From assembly GCA_963422735.1 (NCBI GenBank), contig OY730476.1, positions 4,576,001-4,640,000 of the forward strand: 64,000 bases of DNA, given 5' to 3'. A program made the position numbers and the translations under genes. Below, one piece after another: positions 9,367-18,489 of this stretch (positions within the stretch are counted from its first letter, which is position 1; the number at the start of each line of letters is the position of its first letter). The notes under the pieces are model-generated. The model was not told where the DNA came from. It made no database searches and was given only the letters and a program-made list of their open reading frames with translations. The stretch is from Candidatus Latescibacterota bacterium (GTDB taxonomy: Bacteria; Latescibacterota; UBA2968; UBA8231).

Positions 9367-10263
9367 TTACATCCTGTCCACATCGTTTCCCCTTTGTTGG
9401 TAGAGCAAGCCAGCGACGATGAGCACAAGTCCTGCTAGGGTCGCCCAGCGAATGGACTCTCCCAGCACAAAGTGAATCAGCACGAGGGAGCAGAACGGGG
9501 CAATGAAAATTAGATGGCCGACTTTGGAAGTGTTTTCCGCGTAGCGCAGTGCCCACTGCCACAAGACATACGCAATTCCCATCTCGAAAAGGCCGATGTA
9601 AGCCGCCCCCAACAAACCCGGCCAAGCAGGTACGCGCCACGGTCCCAAAAGCAGGACACAGCCGAGCACCAGCGGCAGCGACAGAGCGAAATTGAGGAAA
9701 AGCCGCACTACGGGATCGCGTCGGTCGCGGGTATTGTAAATCCAATAGAAGGCCCATACTACCGTACTGCCCAGCGCTAGGGCCACCCCAAGCGGATTGG
9801 AAAAGCGCAAGGTCCAGATTTCACCGCGAGTGGAGATGACTAATACGCCCGCATAACAGATCAAGCCCGCGGCCAGATCACGTCGGCCGATTCGCTGTCC
9901 CAAAAGCGGAATGGAGAGCCAAGTCAGAGTCAGTGCCCAAGTATAATTGAGTGCCTGCGCTTCTTGGGCGGGCAGCAGTTGGTAGGCTTTGAAGAGGATA
10001 AGATAGTAAAGCAGGGGATTTAGCGCTCCTAGCACCAGCGAGCAAGCGCAGTCAGTCGGCCGGCTCCTAAGTATCTGTCCCCCCTTTCCCTGCGCGACCA
10101 GCAGCATCCCCAGCGCCCCGGTCGAAACGCAACTGGCCCAAAACAGCAGTTCGGCGTAGTCCATATAGCGGAGCGCGATCTTGAACGCCGACGCCACGGT
10201 GGACCACAGCAACACCGCGGCCAACCCGTAGAGATAAGCCCTTTTCTGGTCGGCAGTCGCCAC
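9367..10263 (-). CDS. EamA/DMT family transporter
   Basis: About 10 TM helices, LLWST, ALNYTW, two-repeat architecture. Confidence 0.88.
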   Translation of the reverse strand: MATADQKRAYLYGLAAVLLWSTVASAFKIALRYMDYAELLFWASCVSTGALGMLLVAQGKGGQILRSRPTDCACSLVLGALNPLLYYLILFKAYQLLPAQEAQALNYTWALTLTWLSIPLLGQRIGRRDLAAGLICYAGVLVISTRGEIWTLRFSNPLGVALALGSTVVWAFYWIYNTRDRRDPVVRLFLNFALSLPLVLGCVLLLGPWRVPAWPGLLGAAYIGLFEMGIAYVLWQWALRYAENTSKVGHLIFIAPFCSLVLIHFVLGESIRWATLAGLVLIVAGLLYQQRGNDVDRM

Positions 10264-10273
10264 CGCGCACCCG

Positions 10274-11659
10274 CTAAAACTGCGCGACCTGTTTAGGGCC
10301 AATGTCCACGGCTTGGGCCAGCGCGTCGAAGCTCTGTTTTAGCAGCGCAAAGCGCACCGCTGCGTAGGCTGGATCGTCCCAGCGGTTGTCGAACTCGCCC
10401 GGATCTTTCTCTAGGTCAAACAATTCGCCCAAGGTGCGGTCGTGATAGCAGACCAGTTTGTAGCGCCGGTCGCGGATCATCGTCCCGTAGGTGCCTTGCA
10501 GATGTTCCCGACCCGGTGCGTCCGGGTTTAGAGCGCGGTAGTACTCGCTGCGGACGTAGGCGCGGTGTGTCTGGGCTTGGCCGGTCAGCAGCGGCCACAG
10601 CGAGCGCCCCTGCATCCTTTCGGGCGCGGGGACCTCAGCCAGTTCCAGCAAGGTCGGAGCAATGTCCAGCAACTCGACTAGCGCATCGCAGACGCGCCCT
10701 TCCTGTACGTGTCCCGGCCAGGAGCAGATCAATGGCACCCGCACCAAGCACTCATAAAATCGGCACCCCTTGCCCACAAGCTGGTGATCGCCCAACAGCT
10801 CGCCGTGATCCGAAGTGAAAATCACGAGGGTATTCTCGCGCTGGCCGCTTTCTTCTAAAGCTTGGATCATGCGCCCTACATTATCGTCGATCAACTCAAT
10901 CATCGCGTAGTACGCCGCCATGACCTCCTTGGCCTGAGACAAGCCAATAGACGCGGCTCCGTCCACTGGACCCAGTTTTGCATGGGCTTGGGGGTCTTTT
11001 TCGCTCCACAGCGGATCGGGCAACCCCGCAGGGTCGTAGCGGTCCAAGTACGCGTGCGGCGGGTCAAAGGGCGCGTGCGGGTCGAACATGTTGACGCTCA
11101 TCAGCCAAGGCGTGGTGCGCTCCTCGCGCATAAATTCGATTGCCTTGTCTGCACACCAAGTCGTCTGGTGCAGCGCGGGCGGCATCTGGGCTGGATCCTC
11201 GCGCAGTTCGGCTAAAGTGCGGCCTTGAGCGCGGACCCAATCCGCGTAGGCGTGGCCTTCGGGCCACTGGTCGCGCGAGTCGTGGCTCCAGTGGAAGACG
11301 CGATAGCCGTCGTCGCTGCGCGGCTCGATCCGACCGTGTGCACCGGCTAGATGCAGCTTGCCGGCCAATCCGCAGTCGTAGGACGCGGCGTCGGCCAGCA
11401 GCTTGGTGATCAGCGGGGCCGCGCCGGCCCAGTAGGCATTGCCATTAGTGCAGCCGTGGACGCTGCTCGGATACATGCCGGTGAGGAAACTAGCGCGGCT
11501 CGGGGTGCAGATCGGGCTTTGGCAGAAGGCGTGGGTAAAAGCAGTGCCCTCGCTGACTAGGCGGTCGATGTGCGGGGTGCGTATGTGCTCGTTGTCCAGC
11601 GCGCCAATCGTATCGTAGCGCTGCTGGTCGGTGCAGATCCAGAGAATGTTCGGACGCAT
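10274..11659 (-). CDS. Sulfatase (formylglycine-dependent)
   Basis: RPNILWICTDQQR, CTPSRASFLTG, GKLH, TSDHG. Confidence 0.93.
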   Translation of the reverse strand: MRPNILWICTDQQRYDTIGALDNEHIRTPHIDRLVSEGTAFTHAFCQSPICTPSRASFLTGMYPSSVHGCTNGNAYWAGAAPLITKLLADAASYDCGLAGKLHLAGAHGRIEPRSDDGYRVFHWSHDSRDQWPEGHAYADWVRAQGRTLAELREDPAQMPPALHQTTWCADKAIEFMREERTTPWLMSVNMFDPHAPFDPPHAYLDRYDPAGLPDPLWSEKDPQAHAKLGPVDGAASIGLSQAKEVMAAYYAMIELIDDNVGRMIQALEESGQRENTLVIFTSDHGELLGDHQLVGKGCRFYECLVRVPLICSWPGHVQEGRVCDALVELLDIAPTLLELAEVPAPERMQGRSLWPLLTGQAQTHRAYVRSEYYRALNPDAPGREHLQGTYGTMIRDRRYKLVCYHDRTLGELFDLEKDPGEFDNRWDDPAYAAVRFALLKQSFDALAQAVDIGPKQVAQF

Positions 11660-11844
11660 GGTTCTGTCTCTCATCCTGTCTATGCGTTAATCTAACGGAT
11701 GGTACTCACTTGGTCTGAAGAGGGGTCCGTGGTTAGAGGTTAGAAGTAAGTAATCCGCTTAAGGAATGAGGAGTGAGTCCCTGCCGAATCCCCGCTCCCC
11801 TCTTTTCTCCTCTCATCGAAGGAGTGCGTAACATCAGTAATCTA

Positions 11845-12843
11845 ATGATATCCAACGCTATCAACGCCCTCGTCCTCGTCCTTGCTCTCGCCGGATCGAC
11901 TTTGGCCGGCGACGGAGAAGTCCGCGGCATCACCATCTCCACGCACGGCATCGGCCGCGACTGGGGCGCTGACGCCATCGTGCCGACGCTAGAAGATATT
12001 CGCGCCGTTGGTGCCAACTGGGTGGCGATCCACCCTTACGCCAGCATCCGCGCCGACGGCACACTCCGGTGGTCGGACATCGATCCAGCCGACCCGCCAG
12101 CCCATATCGTCCGCCCCATCCGCGAGGCCCACCGCTTGGGATTGCGCATTTACATCAAGCCCCATATCGCCTATTGGCGCTCGCCCTTCTCTTGGCGGGG
12201 CGAAATCGCCTTTACACGCGCCGAGGATTGGCAGCGGTTCTGGCGGGGCTATCGGGAGTGGATCGGGTTGTTGGCTACCGTCTGCCGGGAGGCCGATGGC
12301 TTCGTCGTCGGCACCGAACTCGACCGCATGTTGGCCTTTGAAGAGGAATGGCGCGCACTCATCGCCGAGGTACGCCAGCGCACCGCCGCGCCCCTGACCT
12401 ACGCGGCCAATTGGACCGACTATCGCCAAGTGCCCTTCTGGGACGCCCTCGACGTCATTGGCATCCAGGCCTATTTCCCCCTCACCGTCGATCCGGCCTA
12501 TGACGAAGAAGATATCCGCGCTGGATGGGCGGAGCGCATGAGGGAACTGCGGGTCTTTGGCGAGCAACACGACCGCAACATACTCTTCACTGAACTGGGC
12601 TACAACCAGTCGCACCAAGCACCGCTCGCGCCGTGGACATACTCGGTGGACGGCGAGGACGCGCTCCCCGTCCAGGTGGCTTGTTTGCGCACCGCGCTGG
12701 CTGCCATCGCCGAGGAGCCGCGCGTCGTTGGTGCCTTGCTGTGGAAGTGGTTTCCGCATCCGCGTCCGGTCGGCCGCAACTTCCAGCTAGCGATCCCGCC
12801 CATCAAGTTCGTCATTGCCGAGGCATGGCTCAGCCCACAATAA
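11845..12843 (+). CDS. Secreted glycoside hydrolase, GH113-like
   Basis: Signal peptide, IKPH, WRGEI, VGTEL, TYAANW, IGIQAYFPL, LFTELGY. Confidence 0.8.
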   Translation: MISNAINALVLVLALAGSTLAGDGEVRGITISTHGIGRDWGADAIVPTLEDIRAVGANWVAIHPYASIRADGTLRWSDIDPADPPAHIVRPIREAHRLGLRIYIKPHIAYWRSPFSWRGEIAFTRAEDWQRFWRGYREWIGLLATVCREADGFVVGTELDRMLAFEEEWRALIAEVRQRTAAPLTYAANWTDYRQVPFWDALDVIGIQAYFPLTVDPAYDEEDIRAGWAERMRELRVFGEQHDRNILFTELGYNQSHQAPLAPWTYSVDGEDALPVQVACLRTALAAIAEEPRVVGALLWKWFPHPRPVGRNFQLAIPPIKFVIAEAWLSPQ

Positions 12844-13825
12844 GCCCGGTTCCGCGCAGCAAGGTCTCCTGTACCAAAAGCTCGTGGTCGAGCGAGCGGT
12901 CTGGCCCGTGTTCGCCCTTGAGCACCCTTAGAAAAGACGCCAATTCCAACTCGTAAAGTCCCTGCCGCGAAATTCCTTTAAAAGGCACCATCTGTACGCC
13001 CTCTGCATAGCCGTCGGCTGCTTCGGTCAGGCAGAGCCGGATGGCGTGGCCCGGCTCAAAAGGCTCGAGTAGAATCGCGCTGCCTCGCTCTCCATAGACC
13101 TCAAAACGCCGCGCCATCGGCTGCGGCTCCATCGCCGCAATATCGACCCAAGCCATGGACCGCTCGTATTCAAAAACCCCGAGCGTGTTGTCCTGAAACG
13201 CGGCCACGACTCCAGTGTCGTTGCGCAGAAAGGTCGCGACCTTCTCAGGCCGCCCCAAAATCCACACCACTTGGTCAAGCATGTGCCCGGCCAGATCGTA
13301 GAAGATGCCGCCGTGGTGCCCGGCGGCGATTACTTCGCGCCCGGCTTGGGTGATGTTGGTGGACATGTGGGCGCGCACTGAATAGATATCACCTAAAAAC
13401 CCCGACCGCGCCCACTCCGCAATCTGGCTGAAGCCGGGATGGTAGCGCAGCATAAAGCCCATTTGCACTTGCAGATCGGCGGCCCGCGCCTCAGCTACGA
13501 CCCGCTGCCACTGCGCCCAGTCGTCCCCGGCTGGTTTGTCGTACCACACGTGCTTGCCGGCTTGGACGATGCGCTCGGTCTGGTTCAAGCTCTCGTCGTT
13601 GCGCCCCTCGGAGGCGACGGCAACAATGGAGCTATCGCCGAGCAACTCTTCTTCTCTGTCCAAGAAGCGGACCTGCCGATAGGGTTCGTCGCCGGCAACT
13701 TGCCGACGGCGCTCGGCATCGGGTTCGTACAGGCCGACGATTTCGACCTCGGGATTGTCGAGCATTGCCTTGAGCTTACCGGCGGCGTGACCGTGCTTGG
13801 TGCCGTATTGCGCCATGCGGATCAT
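12830..13825 (-). CDS. Gfo/Idh/MocA family oxidoreductase
   Basis: GKHVWYDKP, VQMGFMLRY, GGIFYDLAGHMLD. Confidence 0.88.
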   Translation of the reverse strand: MIRMAQYGTKHGHAAGKLKAMLDNPEVEIVGLYEPDAERRRQVAGDEPYRQVRFLDREEELLGDSSIVAVASEGRNDESLNQTERIVQAGKHVWYDKPAGDDWAQWQRVVAEARAADLQVQMGFMLRYHPGFSQIAEWARSGFLGDIYSVRAHMSTNITQAGREVIAAGHHGGIFYDLAGHMLDQVVWILGRPEKVATFLRNDTGVVAAFQDNTLGVFEYERSMAWVDIAAMEPQPMARRFEVYGERGSAILLEPFEPGHAIRLCLTEAADGYAEGVQMVPFKGISRQGLYELELASFLRVLKGEHGPDRSLDHELLVQETLLRGTGLIVG

Positions 13826-13922
13826 GGGGTCTCCTAGCGGAAAAATGCGTTGCGATTGGGTGAGACCGTTCTTAATGGATGCGAAGGGGAACGGCGCACC
13901 CTTTTGCCGTATTCGCGTACGC

Positions 13923-14219
13923 CTAGATGAGCAAGGCTGCTCTATCCGCACCCCTACGATATTTGGTTTTCAATGGAAATTTTTCTGGATGTTCGATCGA
14001 TTCTATGCTCAGGTCTACATACAAATCCGGCCAGTAAAAGTGACCGGGCGTAGGCTGCTCGACTTGGAGGATGTTCCCAACCGGAACCTCTTTGAACCAA
14101 GGAAAATCCTCATAAGAAAGAAAAAATTCCCGCTCACCGACGAGAAGCCATATCCCATGAGTCGATATATTGGTTACTTCAACGTCCGAAGCTATTTTGC
14201 CAAGCTGTTCTGAGTCCAT
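13923..14219 (-). CDS. DUF2442 domain protein (putative antitoxin)
   Basis: VEVTNISTHGIWLL, FPWF, YWPDLYVDLSIESI; overlaps DUF4160 gene. Confidence 0.8.
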   Translation of the reverse strand: MDSEQLGKIASDVEVTNISTHGIWLLVGEREFFLSYEDFPWFKEVPVGNILQVEQPTPGHFYWPDLYVDLSIESIEHPEKFPLKTKYRRGADRAALLI

Positions 14220-14406
14220 CGTAGTGCTCCTCAATTTCCCTAAGTCGGGACTGCGACAACCTGTAGTTGCGGGCCAACTCAATCTGTGGTTCTAGCCAAA
14301 ACTTTGCCTCCCCATCGCCGCAGTAGATGTGAACGTGCATTCTTGGTTCCTCACGAGAGAAAAAGTAGAATCGATAGCCACGTTCCCTAAATACCGTCGG
14401 ACTCAT
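14179..14406 (-). CDS. DUF4160 domain protein (putative toxin)
   Basis: MSPTVFRERGYRFYFFSREEPRMHVH…EAKFWL. Confidence 0.85.
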   Translation of the reverse strand: MSPTVFRERGYRFYFFSREEPRMHVHIYCGDGEAKFWLEPQIELARNYRLSQSRLREIEEHYDGLRTAWQNSFGR

Positions 14407-14483
14407 CGTTGTTGAGAAAAGGGGTTCGAACGATCTATCTGCTGCAATTCTCGCTCAATGTGGGCCAGAGCACGATCATCCAA
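14403..14483 (-). pseudogene. HEPN/HepT-like toxin N-terminal stub
   Basis: TTG start overlapping the MNT stop, reads DDRALAHIERELQQIDR and is cut off where DUF4160 begins. Confidence 0.45.
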
Positions 14484-14760
14484 CGTGGCTCATGCCTGCT
14501 TCGCGTTCGAGAAAGGCCGTCAGGTCTGGATCGGCATCCAAGTCGATCAGATTAGCGGAGCGACGCAGTTCTATGAGCAGTCTCCCCTGCAATTTGAAGA
14601 ATTGTTTCGCCGGACAGCCGCGGACGGCAAAGTCAATGTCTGAGCCGGGCCGTCCGCGTCCCTCTGCTACGGAGCCGAACAGGTACACCTACTGACAGGA
14701 GGATCGCCACTTCGCGGCCACATCGCGCTTAATGCTGTCTGGAACGCCCTGCAAACTCAC
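14476..14760 (-). pseudogene. Minimal nucleotidyltransferase (MNT) antitoxin, disrupted
   Basis: TAAGGAG RBS, GTG 14760, in-frame TAG before VYLFGSVAEG…SDIDFAV motif. Confidence 0.75.
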
Positions 14761-14787
14761 TTTTGGACTCCTTACTTAATTTCCATC

Positions 14788-15555
14788 TCAGCGGCCCATC
14801 CACCCGCCATCGACGATTGCGATGGCCCCATGCACGTAGTCGGCTGCCCGCGACGACAGCCATACCACCGCGCCTTTTAAGTCGTCCGGCGTGCCCCACC
14901 GACCCGCCGGAACCCGCACTAGTAGCTGCTCGTTGCGCACCGGGTCGTCGCGCAGGGCCTGATTGTTGTCGGTGGCGATATAGCCGGGGGCAATGGCATT
15001 GACGTTGACTCCGCGACCGGCCCACTCGTTGGCCAGTGCCATCGTCAACTGCCCGATCCCGCCCTTGGCCGCGGCATAGCCCGGCACTGTGATTCCGCCT
15101 TGGAAGGTCAGCACCGAAGCGGTGAAGACGATCTTGCCTCGACCCCGGGACAGCATCTGCTTGCCGAATTCCCGCGCCAGCACGAACTGCGCGTTTAAGT
15201 TGACCTCAATGACGTGGTCCCAATCTTCGTCTCCATGGTCTTCAGCCGGAGCGCGCCGAATCGTACCGGCGTTGTTGATGAGGATGTCGATTGGGCTGAC
15301 CTCGGCGTTGACCTGCTCGACGAAGGCGCGGACCGCCGCCCGGTCGGCAAAATCGCAGGCATAGCCCTTGAAGTGCTTGCCGCGCTCGGCAATATCTTTG
15401 CCGACCTCGGAGTCTGCTTCGAGTGAGGCGCTGACGCCGACGATATCCGCTCCGGCCTCGGCCAATGCTTGTGCAAACCCGCGCCCGATGCCTCGGCGAC
15501 ACCCGGTGACCAGCGCCGTTTGGCCGTCGAGCTTAAAAAGATCCAAGATGCCCAT
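14788..15555 (-). CDS. kduD: SDR, 2-dehydro-3-deoxy-D-gluconate 5-dehydrogenase-like
   Basis: TGCRRGIG, NNAGTIRR, FQGGITVPGYAAAKGG, ALANEWA, VDGGWMGR. Confidence 0.85.
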   Translation of the reverse strand: MGILDLFKLDGQTALVTGCRRGIGRGFAQALAEAGADIVGVSASLEADSEVGKDIAERGKHFKGYACDFADRAAVRAFVEQVNAEVSPIDILINNAGTIRRAPAEDHGDEDWDHVIEVNLNAQFVLAREFGKQMLSRGRGKIVFTASVLTFQGGITVPGYAAAKGGIGQLTMALANEWAGRGVNVNAIAPGYIATDNNQALRDDPVRNEQLLVRVPAGRWGTPDDLKGAVVWLSSRAADYVHGAIAIVDGGWMGR

Positions 15556-15556
15556 G

Positions 15557-16579
15557 CTATTCCCCTTGAGTGTCGATTAAAATTTTGACCGCGTCCGTGC
15601 CCGCTGCCAGCCGGGCAAAGGCGTCGGGCAGCGCGTCTAAGGGAAGGTGCTCGGTAATCAGCTCGTTTAGCGGCAGTGCGCCGCTGGCCGCCAGCTCGAT
15701 GGCGCGGTCGTAGTCCTCGGGCTCGTACACCCGCACCCCGCACATCTTCAACTCGCGCCAGAAGAACTGAAAGAGATCGACTTTGGGTGCGGTAGCAAAG
15801 ATCGCCACTACCACGATCCGCCCCCGGACTTTGGCGAGCTTAGTCATCACCTCGGCCCCCGCCGGCGAGCCAGAGACCTCAAAGACCGCGTCGGCCCCGC
15901 CTCCCTCGGTCCAAGCTTCGACGTGGACGACCAAGTCCTCCTTTAGCGGATGGACGGTTTCCAGCCCCAGCGCGTGCGCCGCCTGCAGCCGATAGGCATT
16001 GACCTCGGCCACCCGCACCTCGGCCCCCGCGTGCTGCGCCACCAGCGCATTGAGCAAACCGATCGGCCCGCCGCCGATCACCACCACCTTCTCGCCCGGC
16101 ACCACCTCGCCCAAGCGCACGTCGTGGCAGGCGACCGCCAGCGGCTCGACTAGAGCACCCAACGTCAGGGGCATGTCGTCTGGCAGGCGGTGCAACGTAT
16201 GGGCCGGCACCGTCCACGACCCCTGAAAGGCCCCTGGACTGTCGATGCCGATAAAATTTAAGTTCTGACAGATGTGGCCATTGCCGGCTTTGCAGGCTGT
16301 GCATGCGCCACAAGCCTCTAAGGGGCGCACTACGACCGAATCGCCCGCGGCCCAGCCTTCGACATCGGCCCCGACTTCCGCTATCCGTCCCGACATCTCG
16401 TGCCCAATGACTTGGGGCATGTCGATCCGGCGGTCCTGATGGCCGAGGTAAATGTGAATATCCGTGCCGCACACCCCGCAATAGGCCACCTCGATTCGCA
16501 CCTGACCCGCATTAGGGGATTGCACTCGGCACTCGCCGATTTCGACCGTGCGGTCGCCGCAGTAGTAGGCCGCCTTCAT
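15557..16579 (-). CDS. Zn-dependent dehydrogenase (sugar-acid/polyol type)
   Basis: CGTD, GHE, CxxCxxC…C, EPLAVACH, GGGPIG. Confidence 0.9.
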   Translation of the reverse strand: MKAAYYCGDRTVEIGECRVQSPNAGQVRIEVAYCGVCGTDIHIYLGHQDRRIDMPQVIGHEMSGRIAEVGADVEGWAAGDSVVVRPLEACGACTACKAGNGHICQNLNFIGIDSPGAFQGSWTVPAHTLHRLPDDMPLTLGALVEPLAVACHDVRLGEVVPGEKVVVIGGGPIGLLNALVAQHAGAEVRVAEVNAYRLQAAHALGLETVHPLKEDLVVHVEAWTEGGGADAVFEVSGSPAGAEVMTKLAKVRGRIVVVAIFATAPKVDLFQFFWRELKMCGVRVYEPEDYDRAIELAASGALPLNELITEHLPLDALPDAFARLAAGTDAVKILIDTQGE

Positions 16580-18474
16580 CGCAAATGCCAGTCCGCGTCT
16601 TTGAGTGCCTCGTAGATTACGCCGCCCTCCACCTGCTCGGGCATGGGGATGCCCAGCAAGTAGCACAGCGTCGGCGCGACATCCACCGCCCGCACCTGCC
16701 GCCTGAGCGCCAGCCCTTGCTTTACGCCGGCACCGGCTAGCACGAACGTGCAGTGCTGCCCGCCGATACCGAGCGTGGCCGAGGGTAGCTGCTTGCCGTG
16801 CGCTCCGTCGTATTCGGGACGCAGCGCATAGACTACATCGCCGACAAGATCACCCGACAGATTGACCATTTCCGCGTCTTCCCGCGTCAGCGCGAGGGCA
16901 AAAGGACCGCGCCCGGTCTGCGGATGGCGATAGGCTTGGAGGGCTTCGATGAGGTCGAGCCGCGTTTGCTCGTAGGCGCTTGGCTCGACGATCCCGGTAG
17001 GCTCGCGCCCCTTGAGATTGAGAAAGATGTGGACCAACCCCACATTGGCCGCACGCGTCCGCTGCCAGTCGATCTGTTTTTTCTTTGCGTCTGCATAGAC
17101 CAAAAAGCCCGCCTGCTCCAGCACCTCGGCGATGTCAACGGGCTGGTGCTGGTTGGGGGTGCCGCCGTGGTCGGAGACGACCGCAACGACCGTGTCGTCG
17201 TCGGCTAACTCGACGATGCGATCGATCATGCGATCGATGGAGGCGTAGGTCTGGGCCACGCCTGCTTGGCAACGCGCCAGCGTGTGCGGGTCGGCCCCGC
17301 TGCACTCGTCGGCCTGCGACAAGAAGAAGTGGCTGGTGTAATCCGAGGCGTGGGTTTCGATGAACAAAACGTCCCAGTCGTTGCTCTCCGTCAGGTAGAA
17401 AGCCACATCGGCCAACCGCTGGTGGTGGAAGTCCAACAGTTCAAAATAGGTCGCGTCATCGACTACGCCCAAAGCGTCTCGCCCTGGATTCTGCAGGAAA
17501 TTACCGACATGTTCGTCAATTTGCTGCGCCACTTCCTCCGGCTGCGTGTAGCCGATCGCCGGCCAGACCTGCGGCACAAAAAGCTCGAAGACATCGCCTG
17601 CTGTGCTCAGACTGACGAGCTTCATGCGCACGTAGCCGGCGAGGGTTTGGCCGTCGATCTCAAAGTCGTCTTTCCACCACTCGGTCCACTGGCCCACTGC
17701 CAGCTCGGCGACCCGATCGCCCGCATCGCGGCTGCGGCAAACGAGCAACCGGTCATAGCCTTTGTCGGCCGAGGCGTATATTAGGCCGTAGAAATGCTTA
17801 GGCGTTCCCTGTTGGCTTAGGTGCATATCCGGCCGCCCGCGCTTGAGCGGCTCGATGACCAGCACCACTTCTTTGGGCGGCAGCGCGGAGGCGGGCGCAT
17901 CTTGCCATCCTTCCGCCGGGACGATCTCCACCGGATCGACGCTGCGCACCTTTTGCAAGGCGCTTGGATCCAAAGTCTCCGGGTCGCGCGGCCCGCCGAT
18001 CGGCCGGGGCGTCCAGCCGCCGCCGACAAAGAGATGGTATCCGGCGATCTGATGCACATTGGATACCCCCGGCCCGGTGCCCTCGACTTGGATGCCGGTT
18101 TGCACGGTCGGCGGCCACGACATTTCCCACTTGACCAAGATTGGCTTTTTACCGACCCGCTCGACTGTGTTCCACAAGTACTCGGCCTGCGAGAGCTGGG
18201 TGTTGATGCCCCACACCGTCTCGTCGAGCCGCCCACCTAATTTGCGGATATTGAAGTCCATGACCTGATGGGTTCCCGCCCAAGCCCCGGTCGAAGTTGC
18301 CGTCCAGCCGGGAGGCGTCAGGGTTGGAAAAACTCCGATCATGGGCCTTTTGACGCCCCGCGCTATGAGCTGACCCAAGTGGGGCATGTGACCTTGGTCC
18401 ACCATGTGTTGCACCAACTCCATGGCGGCACCGTCCATGCCAATGACGATGGCTTTTCGTGCCGGACTCTGCAT
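16576..18474 (-). CDS. Alkaline-phosphatase superfamily, type I phosphodiesterase/nucleotide pyrophosphatase-like
   Basis: IGMDG, PTLTPPGW..STG, VSDHG, NLKGREPTG, DVAPT. Confidence 0.85.
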   Translation of the reverse strand: MQSPARKAIVIGMDGAAMELVQHMVDQGHMPHLGQLIARGVKRPMIGVFPTLTPPGWTATSTGAWAGTHQVMDFNIRKLGGRLDETVWGINTQLSQAEYLWNTVERVGKKPILVKWEMSWPPTVQTGIQVEGTGPGVSNVHQIAGYHLFVGGGWTPRPIGGPRDPETLDPSALQKVRSVDPVEIVPAEGWQDAPASALPPKEVVLVIEPLKRGRPDMHLSQQGTPKHFYGLIYASADKGYDRLLVCRSRDAGDRVAELAVGQWTEWWKDDFEIDGQTLAGYVRMKLVSLSTAGDVFELFVPQVWPAIGYTQPEEVAQQIDEHVGNFLQNPGRDALGVVDDATYFELLDFHHQRLADVAFYLTESNDWDVLFIETHASDYTSHFFLSQADECSGADPHTLARCQAGVAQTYASIDRMIDRIVELADDDTVVAVVSDHGGTPNQHQPVDIAEVLEQAGFLVYADAKKKQIDWQRTRAANVGLVHIFLNLKGREPTGIVEPSAYEQTRLDLIEALQAYRHPQTGRGPFALALTREDAEMVNLSGDLVGDVVYALRPEYDGAHGKQLPSATLGIGGQHCTFVLAGAGVKQGLALRRQVRAVDVAPTLCYLLGIPMPEQVEGGVIYEALKDADWHLR

Positions 18475-18489
18475 AGTGTTCTCCTATAG

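Noticed and set aside
14689-14691. In-frame TAG in the MNT gene as possible recoding
   Set aside because: The preceding codons are scrambled by compensating indels, so it reflects decay; no pyl/sel genes are in the window.
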